Source: a virus. From it: DNA of 64,000 bases. A program made the position numbers and the translations under genes. Each line of letters starts with the position of its first letter. The first letter of the stretch is position 1. Of the stretch, positions 9,430 through 19,587 are shown piece after piece. The stretch lies in the IMG/VR virus record IMGVR_UViG_3300032322_002195, positions 1 through 64,000 of that record, one strand, 5' to 3'. Below the pieces are notes generated by a model. That model saw nothing but the letters and a program-made list of their open reading frames with translations, was not told where the DNA came from and did not search any database.

Positions 9430-10414
9430 AAAATTTGACTTTAATGACATTTTAATTGAGCCAGCCACCGTTTCAAGAATAAGCAGCCGAAAAGATATAA
9501 ATCCATATTATAATGGGTTTTTGCCTTTGATAACAGCTCCAATGGATACTGTTATTAGTACAGATAATGAAAAAATATTCCACGACCTTAAAATTAACAC
9601 ATGTCTACCAAGAGGTGAGCATTCAAATTTAGGTTTTAATTCATATTCCTTGAATGAAATGTTAACGAATTTGGAGAATATAATAAACCCGAATGGTTAT
9701 TATTTGATAGACATTGCAAATGGACATATGGATTCTTTGATAACCACAACAAAATCAATCAAAGATAAATACCCTAACTTAACACTCATGGTTGGTAATA
9801 TCGCTAATCCTGAAACATATGCTTTGTTATCTGAAGCTGGTGCGGATTATGTTAGAGTTGGTATAGGAAATGGAGGTGGTTGTTTAACAACTTTTAGCAC
9901 TGGTGTTGGTTATCCAATGGCATCTTTAATTAAAGAATGTCATGAAAAATCCTTGGGTTTAAAAAAACCAGCGAAAATTGTTGCTGATGGTGGAATGCAA
10001 ACGTATAGTGATATTATAAAAGCTATAGCCCTAGGTGCTGATTATGTAATGGTCGGTAGTATATTCAATAAAGCAATTGAATCGTGTGGTGACAATTATC
10101 TTTGGGGTAAAGTAAAAGTTCGTCAAGATATTTCTGAATTTGCTTATGCTAATGGAATTCCTGTTTATAAAAAATTTAGAGGTATGAGTACGAAAGAGGT
10201 TCAGAAAAAATGGGGTAAAGAAGTATTGACAACTTCAGAAGGTGTAGTTAGATTTAGAAAAGTTGAATATAACCTTGCTAAATGGGTTGATAATTTTGAA
10301 GCGTATTTACGTTCAGCCATGAGCTATACTAATTCAAAAACTTTGTCTGATTTCATTGGGAATGTTGGAACTATCAACATAACAGATAACGCTTATAATA
10401 GATATAAAAAATAA
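9422..10414 (+). CDS. IMP dehydrogenase/GMP reductase family protein (no CBS domains)
   Basis: FDFNDILI, APMDTV, IDIANGH, RVGIGNGGGCLT (catalytic Cys), VADGG, ALGADYVMVG, FRGMS. Confidence 0.9.
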   Translation: MIEKFDFNDILIEPATVSRISSRKDINPYYNGFLPLITAPMDTVISTDNEKIFHDLKINTCLPRGEHSNLGFNSYSLNEMLTNLENIINPNGYYLIDIANGHMDSLITTTKSIKDKYPNLTLMVGNIANPETYALLSEAGADYVRVGIGNGGGCLTTFSTGVGYPMASLIKECHEKSLGLKKPAKIVADGGMQTYSDIIKAIALGADYVMVGSIFNKAIESCGDNYLWGKVKVRQDISEFAYANGIPVYKKFRGMSTKEVQKKWGKEVLTTSEGVVRFRKVEYNLAKWVDNFEAYLRSAMSYTNSKTLSDFIGNVGTINITDNAYNRYKK

Positions 10415-12435
10415 TGATATCAGTAGTATATTGCACTAGGCAATCAAACCAAGAACACAAAGAACACTTAATAAAATCTTCTGGTTTAGGTAAGAATATT
10501 GAAATAATTGAGATTGTAAACAACGGTGAATCATTAACTACATGTTACAATCGTGGACTAAAACAAGCAAAACATAATATTATTGTTTACTGTCACGATG
10601 ATTTGGTTATTGAAACAAAATCATGGGGTGATAAATTAATTAAATTATTTAAAAGAAACCCAGAGTTTGGTATTATTGGAGTGGCTGGAACAAAATATCT
10701 TTCACAAAGTGGAAAATGGTGGGAAAACCCTAAGAAAATGTATGGTAGAGTAGCTCATACTCATGAAGGTAAGACTTGGTTATCAACTTATTCAGCAGAT
10801 TTGGGTCACGAATTAGAAGAAGTAGTTGTGTGTGATGGTGTTTGGTTTGCAGTAGATAAAACCAAAATCAAAAAAACGTTTAACGAAAACGTAGAAGGGT
10901 TCCATTTTTATGATGTAACATTTTCATTTGAAAATTATATAGCTGGTTCTAAAGTTGGTGTAACAACTGCAATACGTATCAACCATAAATCAATTGGCAT
11001 GACCAATGAAGCATGGGAAAAAAATAGGGTTGATTTTTCAGAAGCATACCAAGAACATCTTCCAATAGATATAAAAAAAGTTTTAAAAAAAGGTCAGAAA
11101 TATAAAATTTTAATAGCTGATGTTAGCCTTGTTAGTAATTCTCCAGAAGAAATTTTTATAATTGATTTGATTAAAAAATTAAAAAAAGAAAATCATGACA
11201 TTAGTTTTGTTGGTGGATTAGACAAAAAAAATGAAAACATTTTAAAACAAGCTGGTGTTAAAATTTTTTCAGCACAAGAACCGCCAGGGTTTAAATTAGG
11301 CGATGGAAAGTGGCTTTTAAAAACTCAACAAGGCGATATAACATCACAAATAAATACGTTATATAAAGTTAAAGATGTATCATTTGACATGTTATATATT
11401 GGGAAAAAACCAATGACTGAACATTTATTAAGGTTATACCCAGACACTGAAATAACGTCAGTAATATATTCAACTGACGTTCATTTGGACGAACCAGTGA
11501 TAAATAAAATGATTGTCAAATATATAGCTATTAATGAAAATATCAAACAAAATTTGATACATATTAATATGATAAATGAAGGTATGGTTGAATTATTTTC
11601 CGAATCAAAAACAGAAATAAAAATTAAAAATAAACCAAGGTTGAAAAGGGGACCTATTAAGATTATGACTGGATGGTCAGATAAAGGTGGTTCAACAAAT
11701 GCTTTTATTTCATTAACAAATACTTTAAATAGCTATGGTTATGATGTGACATTATATGGTCCACATAATTGGCACTTGGACAAATGTAAATCTGGTTTGC
11801 TAAACCAAGTTACGGTTAACCCTAAAGATAGATTAATAGTACATTTTTTAAAATTACCTAACAGACCTAATGCTGGTAAAGTTATTTTAGCTTGTCACGA
11901 GAAAAATTTATACGAAGTTGGAGAAACCAAACAATTTTGGGATGAAGCTGTTTTTTTAAATCAAAGACACAAAGATTACCATAGCAAATATACTGGTAAT
12001 TTTACGATTATTCCAAACCTAAAAACTCCTTTAATAAAAAGAAATAAAAATGGTTTTGAAAAAATAGCTGGTGTTATTGGTTCATTTGACGAAAACAAAC
12101 AAACGCATGTATCAATCGAAAGAGCTTTATCTGATGGTTGTGAAAAAATTTATTTGTTTGGTGAACCATACGGTTCTTATTATGAGGATTTTATTAAACC
12201 ACTGCTTAGTGATAAAGTAATATTAAAAGGGTTCTTAGAAGATAAACAAGCTATTTACGATATGATTGGGTGTGTTTATCATTCGTCTAAGAGCGAAGTT
12301 GCAACTTTAGTTAAAGATGAATGTGAATCAGCTGGTGTTATATTTAATGGAAATGAAGCCACTGAAAATCAACCAGTTTTATTAACAAATGATGAGATAA
12401 TACAAAAATGGTTAAAAATTTTGGATTTAGATTAA
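10414..12435 (+). CDS. Multidomain glycosyltransferase (GT2-like N-terminal domain plus GT-B-like domains)
   Basis: YNRGL...YCHDDL, DGVWFAV, GFHFYD in the N-terminal part; GGSTNAF...GYDVTLYG and GT4-like C-terminal part. Confidence 0.8.
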   Translation: MISVVYCTRQSNQEHKEHLIKSSGLGKNIEIIEIVNNGESLTTCYNRGLKQAKHNIIVYCHDDLVIETKSWGDKLIKLFKRNPEFGIIGVAGTKYLSQSGKWWENPKKMYGRVAHTHEGKTWLSTYSADLGHELEEVVVCDGVWFAVDKTKIKKTFNENVEGFHFYDVTFSFENYIAGSKVGVTTAIRINHKSIGMTNEAWEKNRVDFSEAYQEHLPIDIKKVLKKGQKYKILIADVSLVSNSPEEIFIIDLIKKLKKENHDISFVGGLDKKNENILKQAGVKIFSAQEPPGFKLGDGKWLLKTQQGDITSQINTLYKVKDVSFDMLYIGKKPMTEHLLRLYPDTEITSVIYSTDVHLDEPVINKMIVKYIAINENIKQNLIHINMINEGMVELFSESKTEIKIKNKPRLKRGPIKIMTGWSDKGGSTNAFISLTNTLNSYGYDVTLYGPHNWHLDKCKSGLLNQVTVNPKDRLIVHFLKLPNRPNAGKVILACHEKNLYEVGETKQFWDEAVFLNQRHKDYHSKYTGNFTIIPNLKTPLIKRNKNGFEKIAGVIGSFDENKQTHVSIERALSDGCEKIYLFGEPYGSYYEDFIKPLLSDKVILKGFLEDKQAIYDMIGCVYHSSKSEVATLVKDECESAGVIFNGNEATENQPVLLTNDEIIQKWLKILDLD

Positions 12436-13373
12436 TGAAAAAAATAAAAAAATGGTTTGATGAAAAACTAACTATTTTATCATTGACCATGTCTAATGTA
12501 GAAAAAAACGCTTTAGGGCAGGTTTCTGAGCCTTTGAATAGCGATGTCGGTCAATTTAGAAGAATAACACAAGGACAATTAGCCGATTCATTGATTAATG
12601 GGGAGGTAACGCAAGAAGTTTTAGATTTAAAATGGAGAACATATAAAATACTAAGAGAAACGGATGGTTTGACTTCTGAAATAACTGGTTATGACGAGAG
12701 TGGTATGCCTATTGTTTTAACAAAAAAAATAGACAAGAATAAAGCTTTAAAAAAGGTAAAATTAGACAATTATGATAGTTATGAACTAGAAATGGTTATT
12801 GACAATTCACCAATAGCTTTAAGTGTTAATGATATTATGTCTAGCAATTATATTGAAGCAAATGAAAAACCAATAATTATATCTGGTGACACAGCATCAT
12901 TAGGAGAAATATCTGGTGAAAAATATTTTGGAACTTACAGGACACATTTACCCATAAGAATTTTTAGGGAAACCATACCAAAATTTGATATTGAAACGTA
13001 TGTTAAAAAATTAAATATCAGAACAATTGATGAGGACACTAAATTATTGGAATTTTGTGTTAGTAAATACCCAGACCCAGATAATAAAAGAAGTATCTTG
13101 TTTTTAAAAGAAATTGAAAAAGCAAAGACGAACCCTAGAGTGTGTACTATGTTAGAAATAAAAAAAGTTAGTTTTATAACTTATAAATGCTTAGGTGTTT
13201 CTGATTTTTTAGAGTTTGAATATGATATAACATCTTTTGATAAAATCATAGAATTTAATGGTACTTATGTTATAAAATTCATAGCTAAAACAACTAAAAA
13301 CGGAGATGATGTTTTTGAAAAACATAAACAAAAAGACCTTGATGAAAAATACCAACAAAAACTTAAGAAATGA
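12435..13373 (+). CDS. Hypothetical protein
   Basis: ORF track 12408..13373; ATG 12435 overlaps the upstream stop (TAATG). No sugar-enzyme motif recognised. Confidence 0.7.
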   Translation: MKKIKKWFDEKLTILSLTMSNVEKNALGQVSEPLNSDVGQFRRITQGQLADSLINGEVTQEVLDLKWRTYKILRETDGLTSEITGYDESGMPIVLTKKIDKNKALKKVKLDNYDSYELEMVIDNSPIALSVNDIMSSNYIEANEKPIIISGDTASLGEISGEKYFGTYRTHLPIRIFRETIPKFDIETYVKKLNIRTIDEDTKLLEFCVSKYPDPDNKRSILFLKEIEKAKTNPRVCTMLEIKKVSFITYKCLGVSDFLEFEYDITSFDKIIEFNGTYVIKFIAKTTKNGDDVFEKHKQKDLDEKYQQKLKK

Positions 13374-14116
13374 AACAAAAACCAATAGTACATGCTTTTT
13401 TTATTTGTTTTAACGAAGAAAACATATTACCACATTTAATAAAATACTATTCTACTTTTTGTGAAAGAATAACGATATTAGACAATAACTCAACCGATAG
13501 AAGTTGTGAAATCATTCAATCGTTTCCTAACACTGAAATAATTCCTTTCAATTCTAATGAGGAGTTTCATGATGGTGTTCATATTAAATTAAAGAATCAT
13601 GTTTGGAAATCTAGCGTTGGTTATGCTGATTTTGTTATATTAGGTGATGCTGATGAATTTTTGTACCATGAAAATATGGTTGATTTTTTAATAGAATCAA
13701 AAGAAAAAGGTATTAGTTTTTTTAAACCAGAAGGATACCATATGATTGGTGATGAAGATTTGGAATTAACAGCTGATGACAATATTTTTGAAAAAGTTAA
13801 ATATGGTGTTAGAACACCTGTATTGGATAAACCAATGATGTTTGACTGCAATAAAATTATAAACATAAATTATGGTTTTGGATGTCATACTGCAAATCCT
13901 GTTGGAACTGTTGTACCATCAATTTATAATGGTTTAAAAATGATACACTATAAATTTTTAGGGTTAAAAGATTACTTGTACAAAAATAAAATTAGAGCTG
14001 AAAGATTAAGCAAATTTAACAAAGAAAATGGTTTTGGTTTGTACTATATGTTTACTGAAAATGAACACATAATTGATTATAAATCCTATATTGATAGGAG
14101 AACTAAAGTTTTATAA
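13370..14116 (+). CDS. GT2-like glycosyltransferase
   Basis: FNEENILP, ILDNNSTD, GDADEFL. Confidence 0.85.
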   Translation: MKQKPIVHAFFICFNEENILPHLIKYYSTFCERITILDNNSTDRSCEIIQSFPNTEIIPFNSNEEFHDGVHIKLKNHVWKSSVGYADFVILGDADEFLYHENMVDFLIESKEKGISFFKPEGYHMIGDEDLELTADDNIFEKVKYGVRTPVLDKPMMFDCNKIININYGFGCHTANPVGTVVPSIYNGLKMIHYKFLGLKDYLYKNKIRAERLSKFNKENGFGLYYMFTENEHIIDYKSYIDRRTKVL

Positions 14117-14117
14117 A

Positions 14118-14798
14118 ATGATAATAGGTAATGGATTATTAGGTAGTGCTTTTATAACTAAGAAACAAGATTACGAAAAATTTGTAATCTTTGCTTCTGG
14201 TGTTTCTGATTCATTACACTCCAATGAGTTATCTTTTGAACGAGAAAAATTATTGGTTTTAAAAACTATAAACGACTACAAAGATAGTAAATTTATCTAT
14301 TTTAGTAGTGTTTTGGCTGGAATATTTGATAACGATTACTATAACCATAAAATAGAAATTGAAGAACTTATCAAAAGCAACTCAAATAATTACATTATTT
14401 TCAGAGTCCCTCAAATAATAGGGAGTAGAGGGAATAAACATAATCTAGTTAACCACATTAAAAATTTAATTTTAAAAAATGAAGAAGTAGTGGTTTATAA
14501 AAATGTTTATAGAGCTTTGCTTGATGTTGACGATTTGGTTAAACTTGTTGATTATTTTAAAGATACAACACTATGTGAAACAATATACATATCAAACATA
14601 GAAAAAATAAATGTTTTGGACATCGTTAATATCATCTCTAACCAATTAAAAATAAAAGCTAAAATTAAAATGGTTGATTCTGAAAACAATAATTGGTTTC
14701 ATGAAAATGATATGGTTGTTGATGATGCCATATCTAAAATAGGAATAGTAAGGTCTGGATATACAAATAACGTTATTAAAAAATACATAAACAACTAA
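14118..14798 (+). CDS. NAD-dependent epimerase/dehydratase-like protein
   Basis: MIIGNGLLG, IFASGVS, FIYFSS, YYNHK (YxxxK). Confidence 0.8.
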   Translation: MIIGNGLLGSAFITKKQDYEKFVIFASGVSDSLHSNELSFEREKLLVLKTINDYKDSKFIYFSSVLAGIFDNDYYNHKIEIEELIKSNSNNYIIFRVPQIIGSRGNKHNLVNHIKNLILKNEEVVVYKNVYRALLDVDDLVKLVDYFKDTTLCETIYISNIEKINVLDIVNIISNQLKIKAKIKMVDSENNNWFHENDMVVDDAISKIGIVRSGYTNNVIKKYINN

Positions 14799-14799
14799 A

Positions 14800-15522
14800 A
14801 TGATAATACTAACTGGTTTCTACAACGCTGAACAATATGTTGAAAGATGCATAGCGTCTATTATGGGACAATCATTTACCGATTTTAAGTGCTATATTAC
14901 ACATGATTTATCAACTGATAATTCAGTTAAATTGGTCAAAGAAATGATTGAAGGGGATGATAGATTTATTCTTATTGATGATAACGAAAAAAAACTATAT
15001 CAGGCTGGTAATTTTGATAAAGTGATTAGAAATAACCCAAACATAGCTGACGATGAAGTTTTGGTAGAGGTTGATGGTGATGATTATTTGCCAGATGGTA
15101 ACGTTCTGAAAAGAATAAACGAATTATATAAAGACCAAAACATTTGGATTGCTAATGGTAGTTTTAAATACCATAATGGACCTGTTGGTTTTTCATCTAA
15201 ACAAACCAATTTCCATAGTTTAAGAACATCTAACTTTACCGCTTCACATATTCGTACATGGAGAGCTTTTTTATGGAGAAACATAAAAGAAGAGGATTTA
15301 AAAGATGAAAACGGTAATTACTGGCAATGGAGTGGTGATTTATGCTTTATGTTTCCTATGTTAGAAATGGCTGGTGAGGAACACTACAGTTTTATGACAG
15401 ATATAAATTATGTTTACAACGCTGAGAACCCAATAAACGAACATAAGGTGGATATGTCAATGGTCACCAACCATGCAACAAGAATTAGAAATAAACAACC
15501 TTACCAAAAATTAATTAGATAA
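14800..15522 (+). CDS. GT2 glycosyltransferase
   Basis: YNAEQYVERCI, DLSTDNS, VDGDDYL. Confidence 0.85.
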   Translation: MIILTGFYNAEQYVERCIASIMGQSFTDFKCYITHDLSTDNSVKLVKEMIEGDDRFILIDDNEKKLYQAGNFDKVIRNNPNIADDEVLVEVDGDDYLPDGNVLKRINELYKDQNIWIANGSFKYHNGPVGFSSKQTNFHSLRTSNFTASHIRTWRAFLWRNIKEEDLKDENGNYWQWSGDLCFMFPMLEMAGEEHYSFMTDINYVYNAENPINEHKVDMSMVTNHATRIRNKQPYQKLIR

Positions 15523-16289
15523 TGATAACTTGTAAACTACAAGGTGGTTTAGGTAATCAAATGTTTCAAATAGCCGCTACATATGCATTGGCACTAAGAA
15601 ACAACGATACCTGTGGTTTTAATTTTAATCAATGTTATACACCATTACAAGGTAACCCGTCTAGCAAATACAAGAAAAATATTTTTGCTAAAATAACTGA
15701 ATCTAATGACTACAAATTTAGAGTCGGATACACTGAACCTAGATTTGGTTATGAAGAATTACCATATGCTCCAGATTTAATGTTGGTTGGATTTTTTCAA
15801 AGTGAAAAGTATTTCTCTGATTATGAAGATGATATCAAAAATATGTTTTCAATAGATATAACCAATGCTGATAAATTTATCAATTCAATAAGAAAACCTA
15901 ATACACCAATTACATCAATTCATATTAGACGTGGTGATTATGTAGGGTTATCCGATATGCATAGTTTGTGTTCTTTGGAATATTACAATATGGCGATGTC
16001 ATCTATCGGTGACTCAACATTTGTTATTATCTCAGACGATATACAATGGGCCAAAGAAAACATACAAGGTGATAACATTTATTATTCACCATTTGAAAAT
16101 GAAATAGATGACTTTGCTATGATGACAGTTTGCAACAATAACATAATCGCAAATAGCAGCTTTAGTTGGTGGGGTGCCTACTTGAATCAAAACAACGATA
16201 AAAAAATAATAGCCCCTAAAATATGGTTCGGTCCAAGAGGTCCAAAAGATACTGAAGATATTATTCCTATAAATTGGGAAAAAAAGTAA
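15522..16289 (+). CDS. GT11 alpha-1,2-fucosyltransferase-like protein
   Basis: GGLGNQMFQ, GFFQSEKYF, HIRRGDY, NSSFSWWGAYL. Confidence 0.9.
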   Translation: MITCKLQGGLGNQMFQIAATYALALRNNDTCGFNFNQCYTPLQGNPSSKYKKNIFAKITESNDYKFRVGYTEPRFGYEELPYAPDLMLVGFFQSEKYFSDYEDDIKNMFSIDITNADKFINSIRKPNTPITSIHIRRGDYVGLSDMHSLCSLEYYNMAMSSIGDSTFVIISDDIQWAKENIQGDNIYYSPFENEIDDFAMMTVCNNNIIANSSFSWWGAYLNQNNDKKIIAPKIWFGPRGPKDTEDIIPINWEKK

Positions 16290-16295
16290 AAACCA

Positions 16296-16324
16296 TTGAC
16301 ATTATCATATTTTTTCGGTATAAT
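16296..16324 (+). promoter_or_regulatory. Perfect sigma70-consensus promoter
   Basis: TTGACA (16296-16301), 17-nt spacer, TATAAT (16319-16324). Confidence 0.7.
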
Positions 16325-16337
16325 TAAATAAAAATTT

Positions 16338-17639
16338 ATGGAAAATATTGACGAAATATTATCAGCTTTGACTTCTTACCTAAAAGAAAATAAGCCTAAA
16401 TACCTTTACAATCAAACATTCATACCCAACAAAAGTCAAGTGCTATATTCTGGCCCTTATTGGGATGAAGAAGAAATAATGGCTGGTATCAAAACTTTTA
16501 TAACTGGTAAATGGGTTGTAGCTGGTGAAAATGTGCACAAGTTTGAAAGAGAATTCGCTAAAACCTTTGGTGTTAAGTTTGCTCAAATGGTTAATTCTGG
16601 TAGCTCTGCTAATTTGGTGTTAATAGCCGCACTTAAAAAATATTTTGGGTGGAATAATGGTGATGAAATCATTGTGTCACCAGTTGGTTTTCCAACAACC
16701 ATATCAACGATTGTACAAAATAATCTAGTTCCTGTATTTGTTGACATAGAATACGACACACTTAATTTTGATATTAATAAAATCGAAGAAAAAATAACCG
16801 ATAAAACCAAAGGTATTTTTGTGTCACCAGTATTAGGTAATCCTCCAGATATGGATTTTTTAACAATGTTGTGTGAGAAACATGACCTTAAATTAATTGG
16901 TGATAGTTGTGATAGCATTGGTTCTAAATGGAACGGTAAACATCTATCAGATTACTATGTTGCGTGGTCATCTTCTTTTTATCCAGCTCACCATATATCA
17001 ACAGGTGAAGGCGGTATTGTTTGCACAAACATTGCTGACTTAAAAAAATTATTCACTAGTTTTTCATGGTGGGGTAGAGATTGTCATTGTGTTGGTTCAG
17101 CCAATTTGCTTTCTTGTGGTACATGTGGAAATAGATTTGACAAATGGCTTGATTCTTATGATGGTATAATTGACCATAAATATGTGTTCACCAATATGGG
17201 TTATAATCTTAAACCTATGGATTTGCAAGGTTCAATTGGTTTGGTACAATTAACCAAATTTAATGAAATTGATAAAAGAAGAAAAGAAAGTAAAGCTAGA
17301 ATTGAAAGCATTATCTTAAAGCACGTTAAAGGTGTTAAAAATGTTAATATGTTAGATAAATCCGATACTTGCTGGTTTGGAACGCCTTTTATCTGTGAAA
17401 ACAAAGTAATTAAAGATAAATTGGTTGCTTTTTTAGAAGAAAATAAAATACAAACTAGAAACTACTTTGCTGGTAATATTTTAATGCATCCAGGTTATAA
17501 ACACTTGGACAATTTAAACAAATATCCTAATGCTAATCAAGTATTGGATAAAGTATTCTTTTTGGGTGCCGCACCACATTATAACGATGATGTTTTTAAT
17601 TTTGTTGAAAATGTCTTTAAAGAAAAATGGGAAAATTAA
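16338..17639 (+). CDS. rfbH: RfbH/DdhC-like NDP-4-keto-6-deoxyhexose 3-dehydratase (DegT family)
   Basis: VNSGSSANL; SFYPAHHISTGEGG (His in place of the PLP Lys); WGRDCHC...CGTCGNRF Cys cluster; DHKYVF, GYNLKP. Confidence 0.85.
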   Translation: MENIDEILSALTSYLKENKPKYLYNQTFIPNKSQVLYSGPYWDEEEIMAGIKTFITGKWVVAGENVHKFEREFAKTFGVKFAQMVNSGSSANLVLIAALKKYFGWNNGDEIIVSPVGFPTTISTIVQNNLVPVFVDIEYDTLNFDINKIEEKITDKTKGIFVSPVLGNPPDMDFLTMLCEKHDLKLIGDSCDSIGSKWNGKHLSDYYVAWSSSFYPAHHISTGEGGIVCTNIADLKKLFTSFSWWGRDCHCVGSANLLSCGTCGNRFDKWLDSYDGIIDHKYVFTNMGYNLKPMDLQGSIGLVQLTKFNEIDKRRKESKARIESIILKHVKGVKNVNMLDKSDTCWFGTPFICENKVIKDKLVAFLEENKIQTRNYFAGNILMHPGYKHLDNLNKYPNANQVLDKVFFLGAAPHYNDDVFNFVENVFKEKWEN

Positions 17640-17645
17640 TAGAAT

Positions 17646-18191
17646 ATGAATGTAATAGAAACTAAATTAGAAGGGCTATATCTAATAGAACCAAAAGTTT
17701 TTGAAGATGCTCGTGGTTATTTTTTGGAATCTTACAATGAACAAACTTTTAAAAAAAATGGTATTGATGTTAACTTTGTTCAAGATAATCAATCCCTTTC
17801 ATGTAAAGGAACGCTAAGAGGGTTACATTTTCAAAAACCACCTTATGCACAAGCTAAATTGGTTAGAGCCATAACAGGTTCAATTTTAGATGTTGTTGTC
17901 GATATACGAAAAAACTCAAACACTTACGGTGAATATTTTTCAATTGTTCTAAGTGGCGAAAATAAACGTATGTTATATATACCAGAAGGTTTTGCTCATG
18001 GCTTTTTAGCTTTGGAAGACAACACTCTAATTCAATATAAATGTTCAAATTTTTATAATAAAGAAACTGAAGGTGGTCTTATTTGGAATGACCCAGATAT
18101 CAATATTAATTGGGGTATTGGTTATGAACCAATTATTTCAGACAAAGATAAAAATAATGTTTCTTTAAAAAATTTAAACTCAAGTTTTTAA
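17646..18191 (+). CDS. rmlC: dTDP-4-dehydrorhamnose 3,5-epimerase
   Basis: DARGYF, VQDNQS, GTLRGLHFQ, QAKLV, GFAHGF. Confidence 0.95.
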   Translation: MNVIETKLEGLYLIEPKVFEDARGYFLESYNEQTFKKNGIDVNFVQDNQSLSCKGTLRGLHFQKPPYAQAKLVRAITGSILDVVVDIRKNSNTYGEYFSIVLSGENKRMLYIPEGFAHGFLALEDNTLIQYKCSNFYNKETEGGLIWNDPDININWGIGYEPIISDKDKNNVSLKNLNSSF

Positions 18192-18192
18192 A

Positions 18193-19587
18193 ATGAAAAA
18201 AATAAAAAAAGTTGTAATATTAGGTGATGGATTATTAGGTAAAGAAATTCATAATCAAACCAATTGGGAAGTTTTATCTAGAAAACAAACCAATTTTGAC
18301 ATAACTGATTTGGTAAAATCATTTCCAAAAGATGTTAAAATAGATGTTATAATTAATTGCATTGCAAATACCGATACATACTCAAAAGATAAAAAATCTC
18401 ATTGGGATGTTAATTTTGCATTTGTAAGTGATTTGATAAAATATTGCAATTCCAATCTGATAAAATTGGTGCACATATCTACTGATTATGTGTACGCACA
18501 ATCGATAGAAAATGCTTCAGAAAATGATGTTCCTGTTCATTGTAATAATTGGTATGGATACACCAAATTACTTGCAGATGGACTTGTACAGTTAGAGGCG
18601 AATCAACATCTTTTGATTAGATGCACACACAAACCTAAACCATTCCCTTACGAAAAAGCTTGGGAAGACCAAGTTGGTAATTTTGATTATGTTAATATTA
18701 TTGCGTCAAAAATAATCAGATTAATTAAAAAAAATGCCATTGGTATGTATAATGTTGGTACTGAAACAAAAACAATGTTTGACTTGGCTTCTAAAACAAG
18801 TAAAGTAGAACCAATTAAAGCACCATTACATGTACCTCATAATACCAGTATGGATATTTCAAAAATGCAAACATTTTTTAATGAAAGTGTTAAAAAACCG
18901 TTTTTTTCGATTGCTATACCAACCTATGGTTATAATGGGAAAGGTGTTGAATTTATAGACCATAGTTTAGAAATTCTTAGTAAACAAACATTTAAAGATT
19001 TTGAAGTTGTTATTTCAGACCATAGCATTGATGATACTATAAAAACTATTTGTAATAAATGGAATGATAAGTTGGTGATAAAATACTTTAGAAACGAAAA
19101 TGGTCGTGGAGTCATCTCACCAAATATTAATAATGCTATGGTTAATTGTACTGGTAAATGGATTAAAATCTTATTTCAAGATGATTATTTATTTGGTGAG
19201 GAATCATTGGCGAAACACTATAGTTTTATTGAAAATAATGAAGATGTCATTTGGTTTGCGGTCAACACGCATGTAACCAGTGATGGTAAAACTATTGATT
19301 GGTCATTCAGACCAAAGTGGGTTGATAATATATGGACTGGTAATAATCAATTAGGATGCCCAACTAATATAACAATAAAAAATGAAAATTTACTTTATTT
19401 TGATGAAGACTTAAATTGGTTAATGGACGTGGATTATTATATGAAAATGTATAGAAATTTTGGTCCTGTTAAAATATTAGATGAATTTTTATTAGTTAAT
19501 AGAGTTTCACCAGAAAGACTAACAAATAATTTATCAGAAAGTGAAAAACTATCTGATTTAGAAAAATTAACAAAACGATATGCTTAA
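18193..19587 (+). CDS. RmlD-like reductase fused to GT2 glycosyltransferase
   Basis: N-terminal GDGLLG, HISTDYVY, YGYTK; C-terminal FSIAIPTY, EVVISDHS, ILFQDD. Confidence 0.85.
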   Translation: MKKIKKVVILGDGLLGKEIHNQTNWEVLSRKQTNFDITDLVKSFPKDVKIDVIINCIANTDTYSKDKKSHWDVNFAFVSDLIKYCNSNLIKLVHISTDYVYAQSIENASENDVPVHCNNWYGYTKLLADGLVQLEANQHLLIRCTHKPKPFPYEKAWEDQVGNFDYVNIIASKIIRLIKKNAIGMYNVGTETKTMFDLASKTSKVEPIKAPLHVPHNTSMDISKMQTFFNESVKKPFFSIAIPTYGYNGKGVEFIDHSLEILSKQTFKDFEVVISDHSIDDTIKTICNKWNDKLVIKYFRNENGRGVISPNINNAMVNCTGKWIKILFQDDYLFGEESLAKHYSFIENNEDVIWFAVNTHVTSDGKTIDWSFRPKWVDNIWTGNNQLGCPTNITIKNENLLYFDEDLNWLMDVDYYMKMYRNFGPVKILDEFLLVNRVSPERLTNNLSESEKLSDLEKLTKRYA

